A stretch of DNA of 64,000 nucleotides from Marsupella aquatica (Eukaryota > Plantae > Marchantiophyta): the NCBI GenBank assembly GCA_973895155.1, contig OZ316895.1, forward strand, positions 17,873,437 through 17,937,436. Direction: 5' to 3'. The notes under the pieces are model-generated. The model did no database searches and was not told the origin of the DNA. It saw only the letters and a list, made by a program, of their open reading frames with translations. Each line of letters starts with the position of its first letter. The stretch's first letter is position 1. The position numbers and the translations under genes are program-made. Positions 60,548 to 64,000 of the stretch are shown in pieces.

Positions 60548-62743
60548 CTACAAACTGTGAATCTTGGTTTGGAGCCGTGCAATCTTGGCGTCCTTTCTGA
60601 GCCCGACCTGTACTGCCAACGCTGCTTGGGCTCTAGCCTCGGCAACCTGGTCCTCCATGGCCGTTACCTGAGGCCGTAGTTGCTGGAGTTCAGCCTCCAA
60701 GGTTGCCACTTTGTCCTTCAGGTAGGCAGACTCAACCCGATATCGCTCTATTCTCTGTGCAGTCTCTGCCTGCGCATGTCCTGCCCTTATTGCCGCAACC
60801 AACTCCTGGTTGAAGAAGTAGGCCACCCTCCGGGCCATGTATTCCCCGGTGTCCCGAGAGATCTGTTGCGAGAAATCTCCCAACAACCCGTTCATAAAAG
60901 TGCCCGGCGCAAAGAGTTCCGGATGGTCTAGACTGTGTCCCTCTGGATTCGGGCACGGACAGACTCCAACCCGTGCGGGAGTAGGAGTGGACACATCCAG
61001 CCCTTGAGGTAAGTCGGTCGAAGGGGCTGGTTCCACTGGAGGTGGGTGGTTCTCCTGCTCCACCGCGGGGGGTGGCGGAATCTCCCCGACCACCGTGGTA
61101 TCTGCTTCGGGTACGGCTTCATCCGGCCCAGCTTCGACGGCATCGTCCCGATTGATCACGTCTAAGGTCGCAATGATGTCAATGGGTATGCCTGGCGGGG
61201 CGGCAGCGGCGGGTTGCGGGGCCGGGGTAGCAGGACTTGCAATTGCCAGACTTCGGGCCTCGGGCTGCGGTCGCCTTACTTGGGCTGGGAACACCCATTT
61301 TGGTGGGGTCAGCTCGGTCTCATTGAGACGCGGGAGGCTCCGGCGGTCGAAATGAGCGTACCACTCGAGGATGATTTCGACGTGGCTAGAGAAGTACGCC
61401 CTCCCACCAAGGTACAAAGTTTTCCTTCTTCGCTCCATCTCCTCGTGGAACTTCTTGACGAAGAAGGACGCCCACTTCCTGGGCCGATAGTTCTCCACCT
61501 GGATAACCTGAGCGGCCGATATTTCTCCTCTAGGTTCCATCATGTGGAGGGCATACCGCTGAAACTCTAGGTGTTCTGCTACCTCTGGGATGAGGCACGT
61601 CCTCATTAAGAACCCATTGTCCACTACCCCTTCGGTCGGGAAGCTAGATGACTGGTATTTAGCTCCCTTGCCCCCAGGAGCCCGCGACTCTACCCGGTTT
61701 ATTCCCTCGGGTAGGCCGAAAATCATCTTCAGACGTGCCTCATCGAGACACATCACTCTCCCGTGCGCTCGAGTTTGTTGACAGGCCTCGTCGAAGTTCT
61801 GAATGAACTCCGACATATCCTGTCCGTAATACCTGCTTCCGTTCCAAGGGAGAGAGGCAAGGTGCTCAAACCCTTGGGTCTTCAGATAGCATGCATGCTT
61901 GGGGTGGAGGATGTTCTTGTGAACGTTGTCCCCCATGCGATGCATGGTCAGCTTGGCTACTGCAACCGTGGCCAAAGGCAACCCAGATACGGCTGCGGGC
62001 TCCTTCCTCTTCCTACCCCGAGACTGATTCCCGGGGTGACTAGAAGAAGGGGACATCTCTCCATCCTCTCGGTCAGGTAGTAGTAGCGCGACTGCCATGA
62101 GTATTGGTGCCGGGGCTGCTAGCGTTACCGTGTTGTCCCCTCGGGCTTGCTGGGGTGGTGCGGGGTTGTTCATACCCCGCGGTCGTCGATTCAGAGGAGG
62201 GTGAGCCTCCTCGTCCTCGGAGCTGATATGTACCGCATTCACCACGGATCGTACTCGGAGAGGTGGTGGAACCGGTGGCGGGGACCGGCTTGGCTGAGGC
62301 CGAGGAGGTGCAGGTGCAGGTACAGGCACAGTTTGGCAGGCACTGGTCGTTGAGGGTAGAGTTGCCATGAAGTTCTGCAAGTGCAGGTGGAGATTTTCCG
62401 ACGCAAGTGAAGATGGTCCTGTCGACCGGGTAGTGTTGAATTCACCATTGATGATAGCCCGGACCCGAGCGGGGATGTGGTCAAAGTGCTGCCGCTGTAA
62501 GTCAATCATGCCCGGGATATTGAAGACCTCATCCAGAAGCCGAAGCAGTGCCTCCCAGAAGCCGATGTATTTGCCTCCGTCGAAGAAGTACCCTGATACC
62601 TCTTCGGGTTGGTAAAGCTTGCTCTGGGACGGGTACTGAAAGTTAAGGAGATAGTGGTGGCGGCCTGCTAGGCGGATGGTTCTCTCGTATTCGCGTTCGA
62701 TCTCATATCGGTGCGGATTGGCATGTTTCAATGAGTCAGCCAA
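60548..62743 (-). CDS. 731-aa accessory protein (original ORF probably ~62814-60218) with an Athila/Tat extra-ORF-like domain and C-terminal coiled coil
   Basis: SEFIQNF..AHGRVMCLDEARLKMIFGLP resembles plant transposon extra-ORF domains (Transposase_32-like). Frame continues past isolated TAG codons on both sides. Confidence 0.7.
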   Translation of the reverse strand: MADSLKHANPHRYEIEREYERTIRLAGRHHYLLNFQYPSQSKLYQPEEVSGYFFDGGKYIGFWEALLRLLDEVFNIPGMIDLQRQHFDHIPARVRAIINGEFNTTRSTGPSSLASENLHLHLQNFMATLPSTTSACQTVPVPAPAPPRPQPSRSPPPVPPPLRVRSVVNAVHISSEDEEAHPPLNRRPRGMNNPAPPQQARGDNTVTLAAPAPILMAVALLLPDREDGEMSPSSSHPGNQSRGRKRKEPAAVSGLPLATVAVAKLTMHRMGDNVHKNILHPKHACYLKTQGFEHLASLPWNGSRYYGQDMSEFIQNFDEACQQTRAHGRVMCLDEARLKMIFGLPEGINRVESRAPGGKGAKYQSSSFPTEGVVDNGFLMRTCLIPEVAEHLEFQRYALHMMEPRGEISAAQVIQVENYRPRKWASFFVKKFHEEMERRRKTLYLGGRAYFSSHVEIILEWYAHFDRRSLPRLNETELTPPKWVFPAQVRRPQPEARSLAIASPATPAPQPAAAAPPGIPIDIIATLDVINRDDAVEAGPDEAVPEADTTVVGEIPPPPAVEQENHPPPVEPAPSTDLPQGLDVSTPTPARVGVCPCPNPEGHSLDHPELFAPGTFMNGLLGDFSQQISRDTGEYMARRVAYFFNQELVAAIRAGHAQAETAQRIERYRVESAYLKDKVATLEAELQQLRPQVTAMEDQVAEARAQAALAVQVGLRKDAKIARLQTKIHSL

Positions 62744-62910
62744 GTGCCCTCCGATAGATAGGAACTGAGTCTAGAATCGTATGGCCAAACTGGAAAGGAT
62801 CATGTGCGACATTCAGGGGAGATAGCAGCTGACTAAGGAAAAGCGAGAGAGTTGGGATCGAAGCTGGCGCGGGAACTGGAGAGCTTGGTGCACTGCAAAG
62901 GATCGGCTCC

Positions 62911-62920
62911 CTTTTATACC
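62911..62920 (-). promoter_or_regulatory. Putative TATA box upstream of the insert ORF
   Basis: GGTATAAAAG on the minus strand about 100 nt upstream of the inferred ATG. Confidence 0.45.
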
Positions 62921-63593
62921 CTGAGAGCTCGTTGATCGCCCGACGCCTCCTCGTCGATTATAGGTCAAGCGTTTCACGCTCGCAGTGTACCGGCCCCTTC
63001 TCCAGTCCGGGTCAGCTCATGTGCGTGGCCGCCTCTCGGAGTTCATTATATGGACCCGAGGGAGGGGGAAAAAGGGCCCATTACACGCTCGCAACCCGGG
63101 CGTGCGAATGGCGACCCGCCGCCAGCCCGAACATGAATTCCCCTTATTGACTAATGATTTCCTACTCATAATGCCTACCTAAATAATGTCGTTATGCTAA
63201 TAATAATGGCCTAAGATACCCCTAACGCGCGTGCTAAGCGCGGTTAGACCGAATTACTCATTACCCGCTGTACCAACGGCGTCACAGTAGCTGGTTCACT
63301 TGGAACATACTCCGTCCAACTACCATTCCCCCCTCGGGACGCGTCGCACTCTGACTACTTGGACTAAGTAAGTACTTAATCTGGGCCCCTTTGTGGTGTT
63401 CGAACTGCTCATAAATGAGTCGTTGGTCTTGAGTCAACGGACCCAAACCTTTGTCAGCGGTTGGGCCCTTGCGGGTTGTATGAGGACGGTCCTCCAACCA
63501 TCTTTCCTTTGCGGGCCACCTGTCCTTAGGTTCCTTTGTGGATTTTGGTGACACCCCCGCGACCTACGGGCACCATGACCTCAGCAAACGTTC

Positions 63594-64000
63594 TAGCACG
63601 CCTAGACCACTTTAGGTCTTGAAATTTTTATGTGGTAACAAATGGTTTGCCCATAAGGCTCATGCAAACCAGGTTGGTATGCGCATTCCAGACTTAGGAG
63701 ATTCCAACCTATCCCACTTATCCAAGTAGGATGCTAGTCCAAGCGGGTAAGCTAACTCCAAACTAGTTAGACCCATTGTTCTCTCCTTGGGGTACTCCCC
63801 TTTGGTTTGAACCAGCCCGCCCACAGATGTGAGGCGGGCACCATCAACTTCCACTTGCAAAAAGCAAATTGGCCGCCCAACAACCTCTAGCGCCCACGCA
63901 ATCCAACTTTATCCTCAAGAGGCCTTGAGGAGTGAAACTAGGATACAACTCACAAAGTTAGCTACAACTGCCTGTACTAGTTCACAACGGCGGTAGGCCG
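63594..64000 (-). mobile_element. Chromovirus copy 4: end of chromodomain and 3' UTR, runs off the right edge
   Basis: Colinear with 10754-11176. Confidence 0.88.

Larger units (their letters stand above)
59324..63286 (-). mobile_element. 4.0-kb TG...CA insert (putative giant solo LTR) containing a long ORF
   Basis: TGTCACGTCGT...ACGGCGTCACA short inverted ends; TSD GTAGC at 59319-59323 and 63287-63291; no internal direct repeat seen. Confidence 0.88.
50623..63593 (-). mobile_element. Chromovirus copy 3 internal region (no LTRs retained) with three nested insertions
   Basis: INT/RH 50623-52018, RT 56215-57150 (FIDDILIYS), PR ~58200-58400, gag 58570-59323 and 63287-63593; colinear with copy 1. 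Confidence 0.92.

Overview
Repeat-dense eukaryotic DNA from a land plant, probably a non-seed plant such as a bryophyte (inferred from an Iota-class-like GST fragment and a Tcn1-like chromovirus). I see no intact host gene. The window is a nest of transposons. (1) At least four decayed copies and a solo LTR of a chromodomain Ty3/gypsy family whose LTRs end in non-canonical 5'-AGT...ACT-3'. (2) A 17.3-kb DNA transposon (13740-31079; CATCAGGAAA TIRs, TA duplication) that splits one of those LTRs. It carries an intron-containing Plavaka-type transposase plus captured host fragments, including the N-terminal domain of an IDM2/IDM3-like anti-silencing gene. (3) A very young Bianca-type Ty1/copia lacking protease and integrase. 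(4) Two unrelated ~4-kb TG...CA inserts with 5-bp TSDs that look like solo LTRs, yet each contains a >600-codon ORF. (5) A decayed L1-type LINE and a 5'-truncated LINE, a family of 8-bp-TSD MITEs, an NB-ARC pseudogene, tandem repeats and hairpins. All family assignments are from motif recognition by eye; no database searches were run.
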